From IMG/VR virus record IMGVR_UViG_3300044499_000026, positions 1 through 42,977 of that record: a stretch of DNA of 42,977 nt. The stretch is one strand, 5' to 3'. This stretch comes from a virus. Taxonomy: Duplodnaviria > Caudoviricetes. Shown piece by piece: positions 15,181-24,394 of the stretch. Each line of letters opens with the position of its first letter. The first letter of the stretch is position 1. The notes under the pieces were generated by a model. It was not told the origin of the DNA, ran no database searches, and worked only from the letters and a program-made list of their open reading frames with translations. Made by a program: the position numbers and the translations under genes.

Positions 15181-18170
15181 TAGATCGCCTCCCTTATCAC
15201 TATCTCCACCCCGATCAACCGTGCTGTTGCGGCTAAGGTGTCAGAAGCGTGGGCAGAATCCCGCTGGATCTTCAGGTGCAGAAGTTCGCCAGCGGCACAT
15301 CCTGTAACCGTGACCGTCGTGATTGCAGCATCGTTAGTTTGATTCGTGGTCCCCTTGGCCGTATCCGTGATAGTCGAGGCGGTATTGAACGCCGGATCAT
15401 CTGTCTCTGCATCAGCAACGCAGATGGTCGAGAGTTGCCAGACGACATCACCAGTGGTCGCTGTAGTCAGCCATTTGATATTCGCATCGACGGTACCAGT
15501 CCAGGTCGAGGGAAGTTTGTGCGTGAGCTGCGCAGACAAGTTAGCAGAGTCAGCGAAATCGAGGACGCCCTTGATTGTGTTCGTACCCGCGATAACTGCT
15601 GCAACTGCGCCACTAGCTGCAGGGATATCCCAGATTGGGCCTGCGGTGGCACCATTGGCACCAGCAGCTGGATACCAATACCGTCGTGGGACCGTGATGA
15701 CGTTGCCCGTGCCTTCAGCGTCGAGTGTCGTCCCGGTCAGCGTTTTCGTCCCATCCGTTGTCGTGAAGCCGCCCGCGCCGTTCGTGGCATTGCCCAATCC
15801 TGTAGCGACCCCAGTTCCAAACGCGGTGATGCCGGTTCCACCATTGGCTACCGGGAGCGTTCCTGTCACACCCGTCGTTAACGGTAATCCGGTCAGATTC
15901 GTGGCCACGCCACTCGTGGGAGTGCCCAGAAGCGGTGTCACCAAGGTCGGGCTGGTGTTCATCACGAATGTCGTGCCCGTCCCAGTTTGTGCCGCCACGG
16001 CGGTTGCGTTCCCAGTTGAGGTGATCGGCCCAGTGAGGTTGGCATTGGTAACCGCTGCCCCAGCAGATGTGCCATAGGCCGCGTATTGGAGGGCCGGGGT
16101 CGTTGCGTTATCACAGTACTGCAGCGGCGTCGTATGCACCTGCATTTTGCCGTTCGTGCTGGCCCCACAAGTGAGCGCACCAGCAGCCAAGAAGGCTTGT
16201 TCTGTAGAATCTGTTGTGAGCGTGACAGTCGCATTCTCAGCCCCGCCACCAGAGGAAGTGATTCCTGCACCGCCCGTGATCCCGGCAACATAAGCGCCAG
16301 TCGTACCAGTTGCCAAGGCCACTGCATCGGCATTCACGCCACTGGCGGTAATTGTGCCTGATCCTGAGGTGATGAGTGAACCACCCGTGCCTACGACCAT
16401 CGCAGCAGTGGTATTCGTTCCGCCGGTGATCGTATCGAACGACGGCGTGCCCCCAGTGGTATCAAGATCCGTCGCACTACCGTTTGTACACTTCTTGAGT
16501 TTGTTCTCGGACAAGTCCGCAAAGATGTTGTAATTCCCAGCAGCACAGGTAGGATTGGTGTCCGATTCGTCAAATTCAATCCCAAGGTTATCGGTGACCA
16601 ATTGCCCGGTGAGCGTCCCTCCGACCAGGGGCAAGTAATTGCTAACGGTGATCGTGTCGGGAATCTGCGCATCTGTCGCGGACCCAGAGAGGTTCGAGAA
16701 TGCGGGTTGCGCGCATTCCCCAACCCCAGTGGCACTGACGCCGAGCGCGAAGTTGTTCCCGGAACAATTTCCGCCGTTCGCCGCTAAGGCCGTCGCCGTG
16801 GCAATGTTCCCTCCCGTGGTGGCGTAGATGACCACGGACCCTGCATTCTCGTGGCTTTTCAACAAGGAATCAGCGGAATCAACATATAGATTGTGTTCTC
16901 CGGCGGCTACTCCGGCACCTGGTGCGGTACCTTCAAGCAGCGTTACAACGCCGACCCCAGCAGTCCCCGCTACAAACCCTCCCGCACAGGTCAGTTGATC
17001 GGAGTCATTGATCGTGCAACCGCTGGCTTTGAGTGTGGATCCCCCCGTGCTATCAGCACGAGGCACGGCATTGTTCGTGGTGCCGACGGTGCCGCCGATC
17101 CCGGCCCCTGTCGTGTCCAGATCACTGGACACGCCATTGGTGCATTTCTTCAACTTGGCTTCTGAGGTATCCGCGAAGATATTATAGTTCCCCGCTGCAC
17201 AGGTTGGGTTGACATCACCCTCCGTAAGCTCGATGCCAAGGTTGTCCGTAGTCAGCAAGCCCGTCATCGTGCCACCGGCTAAGGGGAGATAATTTGATAC
17301 GGTGATGGTGTCCGGGACATCGGCATCTGCAATGGCCCCGCAGGTTAGATTCCCACTGGCGGCAATGGCGTTGGCAAATTGATTCGCTGCACAGTCTGTG
17401 GGGTTGGCAGCCAGGGCTGTGGCCGTCGCAATGTTTCCGTTGGTCAAGGCCACAGTACCCGTTGAGGCGGGCAGAGACAAGGTGACGGTGCCCAGCGCGC
17501 CCGTGACCGGTGCCACGGTGATTGTGCCACTCGTGGCATTCTTGAAATCAACTGAGCCGACAGCAGTCCCGGCGACCCCTACTGTCACCTTGCTGACCCC
17601 ATCCGTGAGAATCCCTGCCACCACTTTGGTATCCACGGTACCGGCCCCCAGCACCACTGAATTAGCGGTGAGGTCGCCCCCAACGTTGGTGACAGTCCCA
17701 GAGCCCGCCGCAACGGTACAGCTTTCGACGGCTCCTGACGCATCGACCCCGAGTGGGTATTGCCCTGCCGCACAATTCGCGCCATTCGCAGCCAAGGCGG
17801 TCGCGGTGGTAGCTGGTCCGCCCTCCGTGGTACTTGCGGCATACCCGCCCGTGGTATCCGTGCCCAATGCCACGCTGTCCACTTTGACATTGGCGGTGAC
17901 CACGTTCGCGGTATTGACAAAATCAATATCGCCTGCCGAATCGAAATTGGGATCAACGACGGCCACGCTATCGACCGACACTGCATCCCCACCAGCCGAC
18001 CCCGGACACGCTTGCCAGGTGCCGGTGCCTGGCGCGGTATTGAGCACGCAATCATTCACGCTGCCGCCAGCCGGGAGGCCACTCCCGCCACCCTGAATCA
18101 TCGCACTTTCCACAGGGGCCACGAAGAGGAGACACACACTGAGGAACCCTCCGATCCAGAGTCGTGTCAT
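15180..18170 (-). CDS. Large fibre-like protein with signal peptide (996 aa)
   Basis: Signal peptide ending PVESA; Gly/Thr/Ala-rich; fibre motifs YLPLAGGTMTG and GVTGTLPVANGGTG; internal repeats; globular C-terminal domain. Confidence 0.8.
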   Translation of the reverse strand: MTRLWIGGFLSVCLLFVAPVESAMIQGGGSGLPAGGSVNDCVLNTAPGTGTWQACPGSAGGDAVSVDSVAVVDPNFDSAGDIDFVNTANVVTANVKVDSVALGTDTTGGYAASTTEGGPATTATALAANGANCAAGQYPLGVDASGAVESCTVAAGSGTVTNVGGDLTANSVVLGAGTVDTKVVAGILTDGVSKVTVGVAGTAVGSVDFKNATSGTITVAPVTGALGTVTLSLPASTGTVALTNGNIATATALAANPTDCAANQFANAIAASGNLTCGAIADADVPDTITVSNYLPLAGGTMTGLLTTDNLGIELTEGDVNPTCAAGNYNIFADTSEAKLKKCTNGVSSDLDTTGAGIGGTVGTTNNAVPRADSTGGSTLKASGCTINDSDQLTCAGGFVAGTAGVGVVTLLEGTAPGAGVAAGEHNLYVDSADSLLKSHENAGSVVIYATTGGNIATATALAANGGNCSGNNFALGVSATGVGECAQPAFSNLSGSATDAQIPDTITVSNYLPLVGGTLTGQLVTDNLGIEFDESDTNPTCAAGNYNIFADLSENKLKKCTNGSATDLDTTGGTPSFDTITGGTNTTAAMVVGTGGSLITSGSGTITASGVNADAVALATGTTGAYVAGITGGAGITSSGGGAENATVTLTTDSTEQAFLAAGALTCGASTNGKMQVHTTPLQYCDNATTPALQYAAYGTSAGAAVTNANLTGPITSTGNATAVAAQTGTGTTFVMNTSPTLVTPLLGTPTSGVATNLTGLPLTTGVTGTLPVANGGTGITAFGTGVATGLGNATNGAGGFTTTDGTKTLTGTTLDAEGTGNVITVPRRYWYPAAGANGATAGPIWDIPAASGAVAAVIAGTNTIKGVLDFADSANLSAQLTHKLPSTWTGTVDANIKWLTTATTGDVVWQLSTICVADAETDDPAFNTASTITDTAKGTTNQTNDAAITTVTVTGCAAGELLHLKIQRDSAHASDTLAATARLIGVEIVIREAI
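16453..17316 (-). repeat. Intragenic duplication of a ~70-aa module (about 17107-17316 and 16453-16662)
   Basis: PDTITVSNYLPL.GGT.TG.L.TDNLGIE...NPTCAAGNYNIFAD.SE.KLKKCTNG...DLDTTG occurs twice with diverged codons. Confidence 0.9.
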
Positions 18171-18505
18171 AATGCTTCCTCCGTGCAGGACACCGTCACA
18201 TTCGCCCCCTCCGAGATCATGTAGACGGCGCCGCGTGCTTTGATTTCGATGGACGTGCCCGCCGGGAGGCGCTGCCCCGTCGTCGCCGTCACCGCACTAT
18301 CGCCCCAGCGGACGTGGACCGAGGCATGGTTGTTCGTGCAGGAGAGGGCCATCCGGAAGGTGTTTTCCACCGCCACCAAGGTCGCCGTCCCCGTCACGGT
18401 TACATCGATCTTCGGGGTCACCACAAAGTACTTCTCGTCGGCCCAGGCCTGGCCTAGCCCGATGAGCAACGCCAGGACGACCAGGCTCCATCGTAGTGTG
18501 GACAT
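18167..18505 (-). CDS. Secreted small jelly-roll-like protein (candidate capsid spike/fibre base)
   Basis: Signal peptide ending GQAWA; V..TATL.....R..L...NN....V..G...VT..TG..LPAG pattern; AGGAGG RBS. Confidence 0.65.
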   Translation of the reverse strand: MSTLRWSLVVLALLIGLGQAWADEKYFVVTPKIDVTVTGTATLVAVENTFRMALSCTNNHASVHVRWGDSAVTATTGQRLPAGTSIEIKARGAVYMISEGANVTVSCTEEAL

Positions 18506-18514
18506 GTGTACCTC

Positions 18515-18865
18515 CTAGCTCTGCACCAGCACGAGAAAGGCGCCGCCGCCGCCGGCCACGCCGTCGTCTTCTTTCAGCACTGTCTGCACGATGAAGTCGG
18601 TCTCCGCCGCATCACTGAGGTTCTTCTTGAACAACACATGATCTTTATGTTCGGCGATCGCGGTCACCCCATCGGTGGCATCGTTCGCGATCAGCAACTG
18701 GCGTGTGTTCACGCCGTATCCGTGGCCGTTCGTCTGCTGCACCTGATGTGAGGGGCGATCCCGATCGACGACCACGCGAATGACCTTCGCCACCCCTCCT
18801 GCGGGCGTATAGGTGACGAGCTCCCCGCCCAGTTGAGTGATCAGGTTGACGGTGTCAGTCGCCAT
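18515..18865 (-). CDS. Head-tail joining / head closure protein
   Basis: GELVTYTPAGG...I.VVVDR motif (gpFII-like); start re-called at 18865. Confidence 0.7.
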   Translation of the reverse strand: MATDTVNLITQLGGELVTYTPAGGVAKVIRVVVDRDRPSHQVQQTNGHGYGVNTRQLLIANDATDGVTAIAEHKDHVLFKKNLSDAAETDFIVQTVLKEDDGVAGGGGAFLVLVQS

Positions 18866-19100
18866 TGGCGGGCACCGGCGCAGCCAGGCCGTTGCGCACA
18901 TGCGCGGCCACGCGATGCTCGGGCCAGCCATCGATGTTCGGGCTGATGACCATCCCCGCAGGGCACCGCGCGCCCTTCGCGCTGATACTGTCCGTGGTCA
19001 GTGCGATCACGACCGTCGGCGCGGGAGTGGAGACATGGACAGCCGTGGATGGGACCGTTCTCGCCTGCGGGACAGGACTCGCCGTTTTCTTCTTTGCCAT
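18855..19100 (-). CDS. Small protein after the major capsid gene (gpFI-like position)
   Basis: GAGG RBS; conserved gene position; ends AHVRNGLAAP. Confidence 0.55.
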   Translation of the reverse strand: MAKKKTASPVPQARTVPSTAVHVSTPAPTVVIALTTDSISAKGARCPAGMVISPNIDGWPEHRVAAHVRNGLAAPVPANGD

Positions 19101-19172
19101 GGGCACCTCGTTTCACCGGTCAGACGAACGCCTCTGGATGGAGGCGCCCGCATATATTCAGAATGCCGCGCC

Positions 19173-20129
19173 TTAGCTCAACGTGGCACGAATCGCGTGC
19201 TGCCACATGCCGTAGCCGACGTTGGTGATCTTCTTCACCCCGTAGAGGTGCTCGTTCTCCTTGAATTCGTGCTCCGAGCCCTCGGCAATCGCGCTGATGG
19301 AGATGCCTTCTTCGATTTGCTCAATGAAGGGCTTGGTGCGCCCATCGGCACGGAACACCGCGAACTGATCCGTGGCCGTGAGGCGCGGATTGACCGCCAC
19401 CTGTAACGTCATGCCCATTTTCATCAGCGTGTTATCGACAGATCCGGAACCCGTGTTCAGTTGATTCGCCGTGACCGCCGCTTGCGCGCTCCCCCACATA
19501 TTCACCGGCGTCATAATCAGGAACTGCCGCGCCAACTCATTGATCGGCTCCCCCTGATCGTCTTTGAAAGTGAAGAAATGCTGCAGGACTGACAGAATGG
19601 CGTCCGCCATTTCTTTCGCCGTGGGGACTGCGGGGTCCGCAACGTTGAGAACCGCAAAATCCCCCACGGCGACATCGTTCTTGTGCGTGCCGCTGTCGCC
19701 TTCGGCGTGGTCGGTATCGAAGAAGAACTGCCCGTCGTAGGCGAGTCCGTTCGTTGCGGTCCCGCCGTTGCGGATCAGCGTGGAAATGAGGCTCATCGGA
19801 TGCGCCGCCACCCGATCGGCCATTTCTCGAATCCGCAGCAGGATCTGCGCGGTTTTATCGCGCCGGAGATCGTCCACGGCAATCTTCAACGTCGCTTCGA
19901 ACGTTTTGTTCGTGATGGTCAGGCCGTTCTCGCGCAAGCCCTTCGCGAGCCGTCCGCCGATCCATTCCCGGACCGCCGGCGTGGCGCCCAGCCATTTGTA
20001 GGTTTCACTCTCCTGATCGGAGATGAACCCCATGGCCAACTGTCCCATCCAGGTGCTCCCGATCGCCTGCCCCAAGGTCTCGTAGAAGGTGCCGATAATC
20101 GCCCGGCTCCCCAGTCCTGATCCACCCAT
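19173..20129 (-). CDS. Major capsid protein, Mu gpT-like
   Basis: ETYKWLG..P.VREW.G.R...I.NKTFEAT...YDGQFFFDTDH...GYGMWQHA motifs. Confidence 0.92.
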   Translation of the reverse strand: MGGSGLGSRAIIGTFYETLGQAIGSTWMGQLAMGFISDQESETYKWLGATPAVREWIGGRLAKGLRENGLTITNKTFEATLKIAVDDLRRDKTAQILLRIREMADRVAAHPMSLISTLIRNGGTATNGLAYDGQFFFDTDHAEGDSGTHKNDVAVGDFAVLNVADPAVPTAKEMADAILSVLQHFFTFKDDQGEPINELARQFLIMTPVNMWGSAQAAVTANQLNTGSGSVDNTLMKMGMTLQVAVNPRLTATDQFAVFRADGRTKPFIEQIEEGISISAIAEGSEHEFKENEHLYGVKKITNVGYGMWQHAIRATLS

Positions 20130-20186
20130 GGTTGCGCCCTCCTTGTCCGTTCAGTGAACTGTTGATTCGTCCTCGTGCGGTCAGGA

Positions 20187-20960
20187 TTAGGCTTCCGCCG
20201 TCCAAATCCCTTTGATACTCGCCGAATAGCCGTCGGCATCGCCCAGAAAGATCCGAGCACTGTCGCCCCGGCGCTGCGTGGCTTTCGTGAGTAACAAATC
20301 CTTGTTATCCACGGCGGCGAGATCGGCCGCGCGGATATTGTCCACTGCCGCCGGATCGACCTTGATCTGCGTCGTGCCGAAGGCGTCGATGGCCACGATG
20401 AGGATGTCGTTGAGTCCGTCGGCAATCGCCGGCAGCGTGAGCGCATCGCCATCGGCGGCGGCGGTGCAGAAGAACGCCTTGCCGCAATCCTGCGCATCGA
20501 AGGTCTTGACCCCGGCCAGCGTTTCCCGAATGGGCCATGCGCCGTAGGGATCGGTGAGGCCGGGCGCGTCGAATCGGACGACGACGACACCGGCGGACAC
20601 GAACCGATGCGCGAATCCGATGAAAACACCGGCCGTCGGCACGAAGGAGAACGTGTCGTCGTCACTCGCATACACCGGCTGTCCCAGATCGGTGATCACG
20701 GCACCGGTCACCGGCAGCTGCACCTTGCCGCTCTGCAACACCCTCACGTTCTTCGCTGCGGCGGCGCCGAGCGAGTTGTCGCACCGAGTCATTGCGAAGC
20801 CGGCAAAGCGATCCGCAGCGTTCAACGGGCGGGCATGGCCAGTGGCATCCACCACGCCGACGGCCGCGCCCTCAAAGATGATGTCAGCAGCAATCACGGG
20901 AATGTCGTTCGTCATCCCGAGTTCCTGTGCTCGGGGTTTGTCTACGGCCAATGTCGCCAT
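20187..20960 (-). CDS. Capsid cement/decoration protein with C-terminal extension
   Basis: PVIAADIIFEGAAV...DNSLGAA...DLGQPVYASDDDTF; lies between scaffold and capsid genes. Confidence 0.8.
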   Translation of the reverse strand: MATLAVDKPRAQELGMTNDIPVIAADIIFEGAAVGVVDATGHARPLNAADRFAGFAMTRCDNSLGAAAAKNVRVLQSGKVQLPVTGAVITDLGQPVYASDDDTFSFVPTAGVFIGFAHRFVSAGVVVVRFDAPGLTDPYGAWPIRETLAGVKTFDAQDCGKAFFCTAAADGDALTLPAIADGLNDILIVAIDAFGTTQIKVDPAAVDNIRAADLAAVDNKDLLLTKATQRRGDSARIFLGDADGYSASIKGIWTAEA

Positions 20961-21016
20961 GATGTCGTCCTCCTGTTTCGATTCGAATTAGTGCTAGGGA
21001 CTCTTCCGCGCTCGCC

Positions 21017-21460
21017 TTACTTTTTCAGAATCTTGACCTGTCCCGTTGCCTCCGCTTTCTTGAACGACTGATAGACCGAGAGCTGACCGAATTCTTCACG
21101 GAGTGCCGGTGTGGAGTCCCACTCCACCTTGCAGCGGTCTTCGAGTGGGAGCTTCGAGAGATCGATCACCTGCGTCGTGATCGTCTCGGCCCCTCCACCC
21201 GCCGTCTTCGGTGCGGCCTCGGTGATCTGCGTCAGCTTCCGCTTTTTGAATTCCGTTTCCGCCTCGTCAACCTTGATGCCGAGATCAACCAAGCCGTCTC
21301 GGATTTTGAGTTCCCCTGCGGGCGGTTGCTCGCCCCAGACCGCCGCGAATGACTTATGAATCGCCGCCACGCGATCGCGCTCGGCCTGCACACCTGCAGC
21401 CCGTGCTTCTGCTAACTGTTCATGACTGGTCACTGGTACGGTTGCGGTTGCCTCTGCCAT
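21017..21460 (-). CDS. Nested in-frame scaffold protein (Nu3/gpZ-like)
   Basis: Internal AAGGAGGACGACACC-ATG, nearly identical to the leader of the next gene (CAGGAGGACGACATC-ATG at 20960). Confidence 0.7.
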   Translation of the reverse strand: MAEATATVPVTSHEQLAEARAAGVQAERDRVAAIHKSFAAVWGEQPPAGELKIRDGLVDLGIKVDEAETEFKKRKLTQITEAAPKTAGGGAETITTQVIDLSKLPLEDRCKVEWDSTPALREEFGQLSVYQSFKKAEATGQVKILKK

Positions 21461-22195
21461 GGTGTCGTCCTCCTTGTGAAGTGCCAGGAAGGCCTGGAGC
21501 TGCGGCAGCAGATCGTGCTGCGCCCAGCGATTGAGAAATGCCGTGATCTTCGAGGCGAGACGGTCGCCCTTGTCGAAGAGTCCCCCGGGATTCGCGGCTG
21601 GATCATCGACCACGTCGGACGCGAGTAGGGAATCCACCCTCGTCAGACGCGGGAGCAGCTTCCCCTGCGCGTCTTTCTTCTCCGTCCCATCCTCGTTGAG
21701 CTGCGATTCGAACTTCCCTTCAAATACGATCGAGGCCCCAAACGCATTCGGATCGCGCTCCGCCAAGCCGAGCACGTAGGTATACAGATCGCCTTGCGGC
21801 GCTTCTTTGGCGGATTCGCTCAAGTGGAGATCCCCAAGGACGCGATCACCGGATTTCCGAAAGTTCTTTGTGCGCCCAAGAAAGGTCCCCATCGATGTGT
21901 TGCTCGCGTTCGGATGATCGAAGCGGGACTTGATGCCGTGCGTCGCCTGATTCCCGAGTGCCACCACTTGCTCCATCGTGGTCTGATCGATCGCGGAGTC
22001 GTGGCCCAGTGCCGGACCTTCACTGATCACGGAATACCCGTAGATAATCCCTTGGGCTCGATCCACTGGTGGAGATTCGATCGGCGTCCCGTCACGCAGG
22101 ACAATTCCACGCGCCACACTGGAGCGATGCCAGCGGCCTTCGCCGTCGAGGCCTAAGTCCAGTTCATGATTGAGAACAGCGGCAAGATCGGTCAT
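21017..22195 (-). CDS. Prohead protease-scaffold fusion
   Basis: Position between portal and capsid; FDHP, GASI and DVVDDPAAN motifs; C-terminal ERDRVAAI scaffold-like region. Confidence 0.8.
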   Translation of the reverse strand: MTDLAAVLNHELDLGLDGEGRWHRSSVARGIVLRDGTPIESPPVDRAQGIIYGYSVISEGPALGHDSAIDQTTMEQVVALGNQATHGIKSRFDHPNASNTSMGTFLGRTKNFRKSGDRVLGDLHLSESAKEAPQGDLYTYVLGLAERDPNAFGASIVFEGKFESQLNEDGTEKKDAQGKLLPRLTRVDSLLASDVVDDPAANPGGLFDKGDRLASKITAFLNRWAQHDLLPQLQAFLALHKEDDTMAEATATVPVTSHEQLAEARAAGVQAERDRVAAIHKSFAAVWGEQPPAGELKIRDGLVDLGIKVDEAETEFKKRKLTQITEAAPKTAGGGAETITTQVIDLSKLPLEDRCKVEWDSTPALREEFGQLSVYQSFKKAEATGQVKILKK

Positions 22196-23838
22196 GCGGC
22201 CACCTCTTCGGCGACTGGTGGTCGTGCGGCCGGCCTGGCCGGTGCGTCATCAGCGGGCTGCTCGGTCGGTCGTCCTGGTCCGGACGGCGTGGCCATGGGC
22301 GCGGCGAGTCCCAACTCCTTGCGCTTCGCCTCTTCGCGTTGTCGCTGCGTCATGACGTCTTCCCAATCCCGACCCTGCGAGGCACATTCATCCGCCAGGG
22401 TCGAAAGACCGGTCTCGATCGCGATCTTCGACGATTCCACTTCCTTGACGGGATCGACCCAGCCCCAGCCCGGCGCAATCCACGAGACGCGCAGCCAATC
22501 TTCGCGCTGCTCGGCGAACAGATCGACAGCGGGTAAGTCCTCACGCAACCAGGCCTCCTCCAGTACCCATTCCCAGCACGGTTGACAGAGGCGAGCGGCA
22601 AGCCAGGTTTGATCGGCGCGAAAATATCGGCGGGCTTCGAGTAATGCAGCCCTGGCGCTGCTGTAATTCGTTTTGGAAAAGTCTTTGAGGACCAATTCAA
22701 GCGGGAGCCCGAGCGAGCTTCCGATGCTGCGCAGGACCGCTTCCACGAACGGCGCGAAGGTGCCAGAGGGCCGCTTGGGATCGCCGAAGGTCACGGACTC
22801 CCCGGCGTTTAAGTACTCGATCATCCCAGGCTCGAGTGAATCGAGTTTGCGGCCGGCCGCATCGATGTTCGTGTTGCTCTGGAGGTTGCCGTAGGGATCG
22901 GTCTTGGTGACGAAGGCGGCGAAACAGGCGGCCACGCGTGAGGCCACAATCTCCGCTTCGAACATATCGCCCAAATCTTTGAAGGCCGAGAGGACGGGTG
23001 CAAAGAACGGTTCGCCGCGTGTCTGTCCCGGGCGTTTCACCGCGTAGAGATGCAGCACGTTTTTCCGTCCTGCCGCGTTCACGGCGGGATAGCGCACCCA
23101 GTCCTGTGTGCCAGCGACTCCAGCTTGACCGAGCAGGATGTCGCCCGGATGGCGTTTGCGAATGTGATACGCGATCGGCTGGCCCCGGTCACCGAGCTCG
23201 ATCCCGTCGCGCATGCTCCGATTCGTCGTCTGTCCCGGTGGGGTGCTCACCCGATCGGCTTCGATGACTTCCAGCGCCAACCGATAGCGCCGGCCTGGTT
23301 CGTCCGAGATCATGAGCGGCAAGATAAACACTTCGCCGTTCTCCAGGATCTGGCGCTTCACCAGCCCCTGTATTTCGTAGAAGTCCATGCGGTTCTGGCT
23401 GTCGGCGGTGGGACACCAGCGGCGCCAGGCGCGTTCGGCTTGGCGAGCAAACACGGTGGCCTCCTCCGGCGTGATCGCCAAGGCCTCCGCATCAGGGCGG
23501 CTTTGTGGCTTCAGCCCAGTGCCCACGACATTGGCCACGACGGTGCCAGTGATTGCGCTGGCATGGGCATCGTTGCGGTTCAGATCGCGGGAGCGTTGAC
23601 GGAGCGTGGGCAGATCCCCGAGCAGATCGGCGTCAGCGGAGCCGTTCAAAGCCTTCCAATCGCCACGCAGGCGCGACTTTTCCGCCCCGCGATAGGTGCT
23701 CAGCATTTTCGTGTGGGCCCGGGCCTGCAGGCGAGACAGACCCCAGCGTGGGGCAATCACCGCAATGGCCGAGTCTACGTAGGCGCCGAGCCGTTCCATG
23801 GTCGTAAGCGTGATGCGGGGGACTTCGCGCAGCGTCAT
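22192..23838 (-). CDS. Portal protein, lambda family
   Basis: LRQRSRDLNRND, VVGTGL, RPGQTRGEP, NYSSARAALLE and WVDPVKE motifs. Confidence 0.96.
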   Translation of the reverse strand: MTLREVPRITLTTMERLGAYVDSAIAVIAPRWGLSRLQARAHTKMLSTYRGAEKSRLRGDWKALNGSADADLLGDLPTLRQRSRDLNRNDAHASAITGTVVANVVGTGLKPQSRPDAEALAITPEEATVFARQAERAWRRWCPTADSQNRMDFYEIQGLVKRQILENGEVFILPLMISDEPGRRYRLALEVIEADRVSTPPGQTTNRSMRDGIELGDRGQPIAYHIRKRHPGDILLGQAGVAGTQDWVRYPAVNAAGRKNVLHLYAVKRPGQTRGEPFFAPVLSAFKDLGDMFEAEIVASRVAACFAAFVTKTDPYGNLQSNTNIDAAGRKLDSLEPGMIEYLNAGESVTFGDPKRPSGTFAPFVEAVLRSIGSSLGLPLELVLKDFSKTNYSSARAALLEARRYFRADQTWLAARLCQPCWEWVLEEAWLREDLPAVDLFAEQREDWLRVSWIAPGWGWVDPVKEVESSKIAIETGLSTLADECASQGRDWEDVMTQRQREEAKRKELGLAAPMATPSGPGRPTEQPADDAPARPAARPPVAEEVAA

Positions 23839-24059
23839 GTGGGGCGGCTTTCGAAGGCGGCTAAGGTGCCGAGCCTTCCGTTGGAGGCAGCGGTGGACTG
23901 ACGCAGCATGAGTGATTTTTCTATTTCAAGAAGTTGGTTGTAATCGTGCCGCACTCGACGCCCGTTGTATTCCCACTCGATCGCGCCACCAGCGACGAGC
24001 GCGGTGTTCATCGCGGTGCGCACGTTCTCCAGCATGGTCTCGATCGTGGGTTCTGCCAT
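23835..24059 (-). CDS. Head-tail adaptor (gpW-like)
   Basis: 74 aa before the portal; EWEYNGRRV...LLEIE; start re-called at 24059 (GGAG). Confidence 0.75.
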   Translation of the reverse strand: MAEPTIETMLENVRTAMNTALVAGGAIEWEYNGRRVRHDYNQLLEIEKSLMLRQSTAASNGRLGTLAAFESRPT

Positions 24060-24068
24060 CGGTGCTCC

Positions 24069-24119
24069 AAAAAGATAAACGCCGCCCCAAGAGGAACGAA
24101 TTCCTCTCAAGACGGCGTT
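24069..24119 (-). terminator. Strong intrinsic terminator / attenuator just before the head genes
   Basis: Minus-strand RNA: 19-bp stem AACGCCGUCUUGAGAGGAA / UUCCUCUUGGGGCGGCGUU with 4 G-U pairs, UUCG loop, then UAUCUUUUU. Confidence 0.8.
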
Positions 24120-24152
24120 CAGGGGTATCCTGAAATGGCCGCAACTACTTAT

Positions 24153-24320
24153 TTACGCACTGAGCACATGCTTCGCGGATGGCACGGTTTCTGACGCAAT
24201 GCGTCGATCGATAAAATCCCGTCGCGTGACACCGCCGCGATAACATTCGATGACAATTTGCCCCGTGAAATCCATCGGCAACTGCTCAAGATCCTTCTCG
24301 ACCCAGTGGGGAAGTTTCAT
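24153..24320 (-). CDS. Small 55-aa protein (not in the ORF track), reminiscent of YezD/DUF2292-like proteins
   Basis: Translated by hand: MKLPHWVEKDLEQLPMDFTGQIVIECYRGGVTRRDFIDRRIASETVPSAKHVLSA. Confidence 0.6.
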   Translation of the reverse strand: MKLPHWVEKDLEQLPMDFTGQIVIECYRGGVTRRDFIDRRIASETVPSAKHVLSA

Positions 24321-24394
24321 ACGGTTTCAGGAAGTAACAGAAAACCAAAATGTCGTCAAGAGGGTTGTTGCAACGGTAGTTTAGTCTGTAAGGG

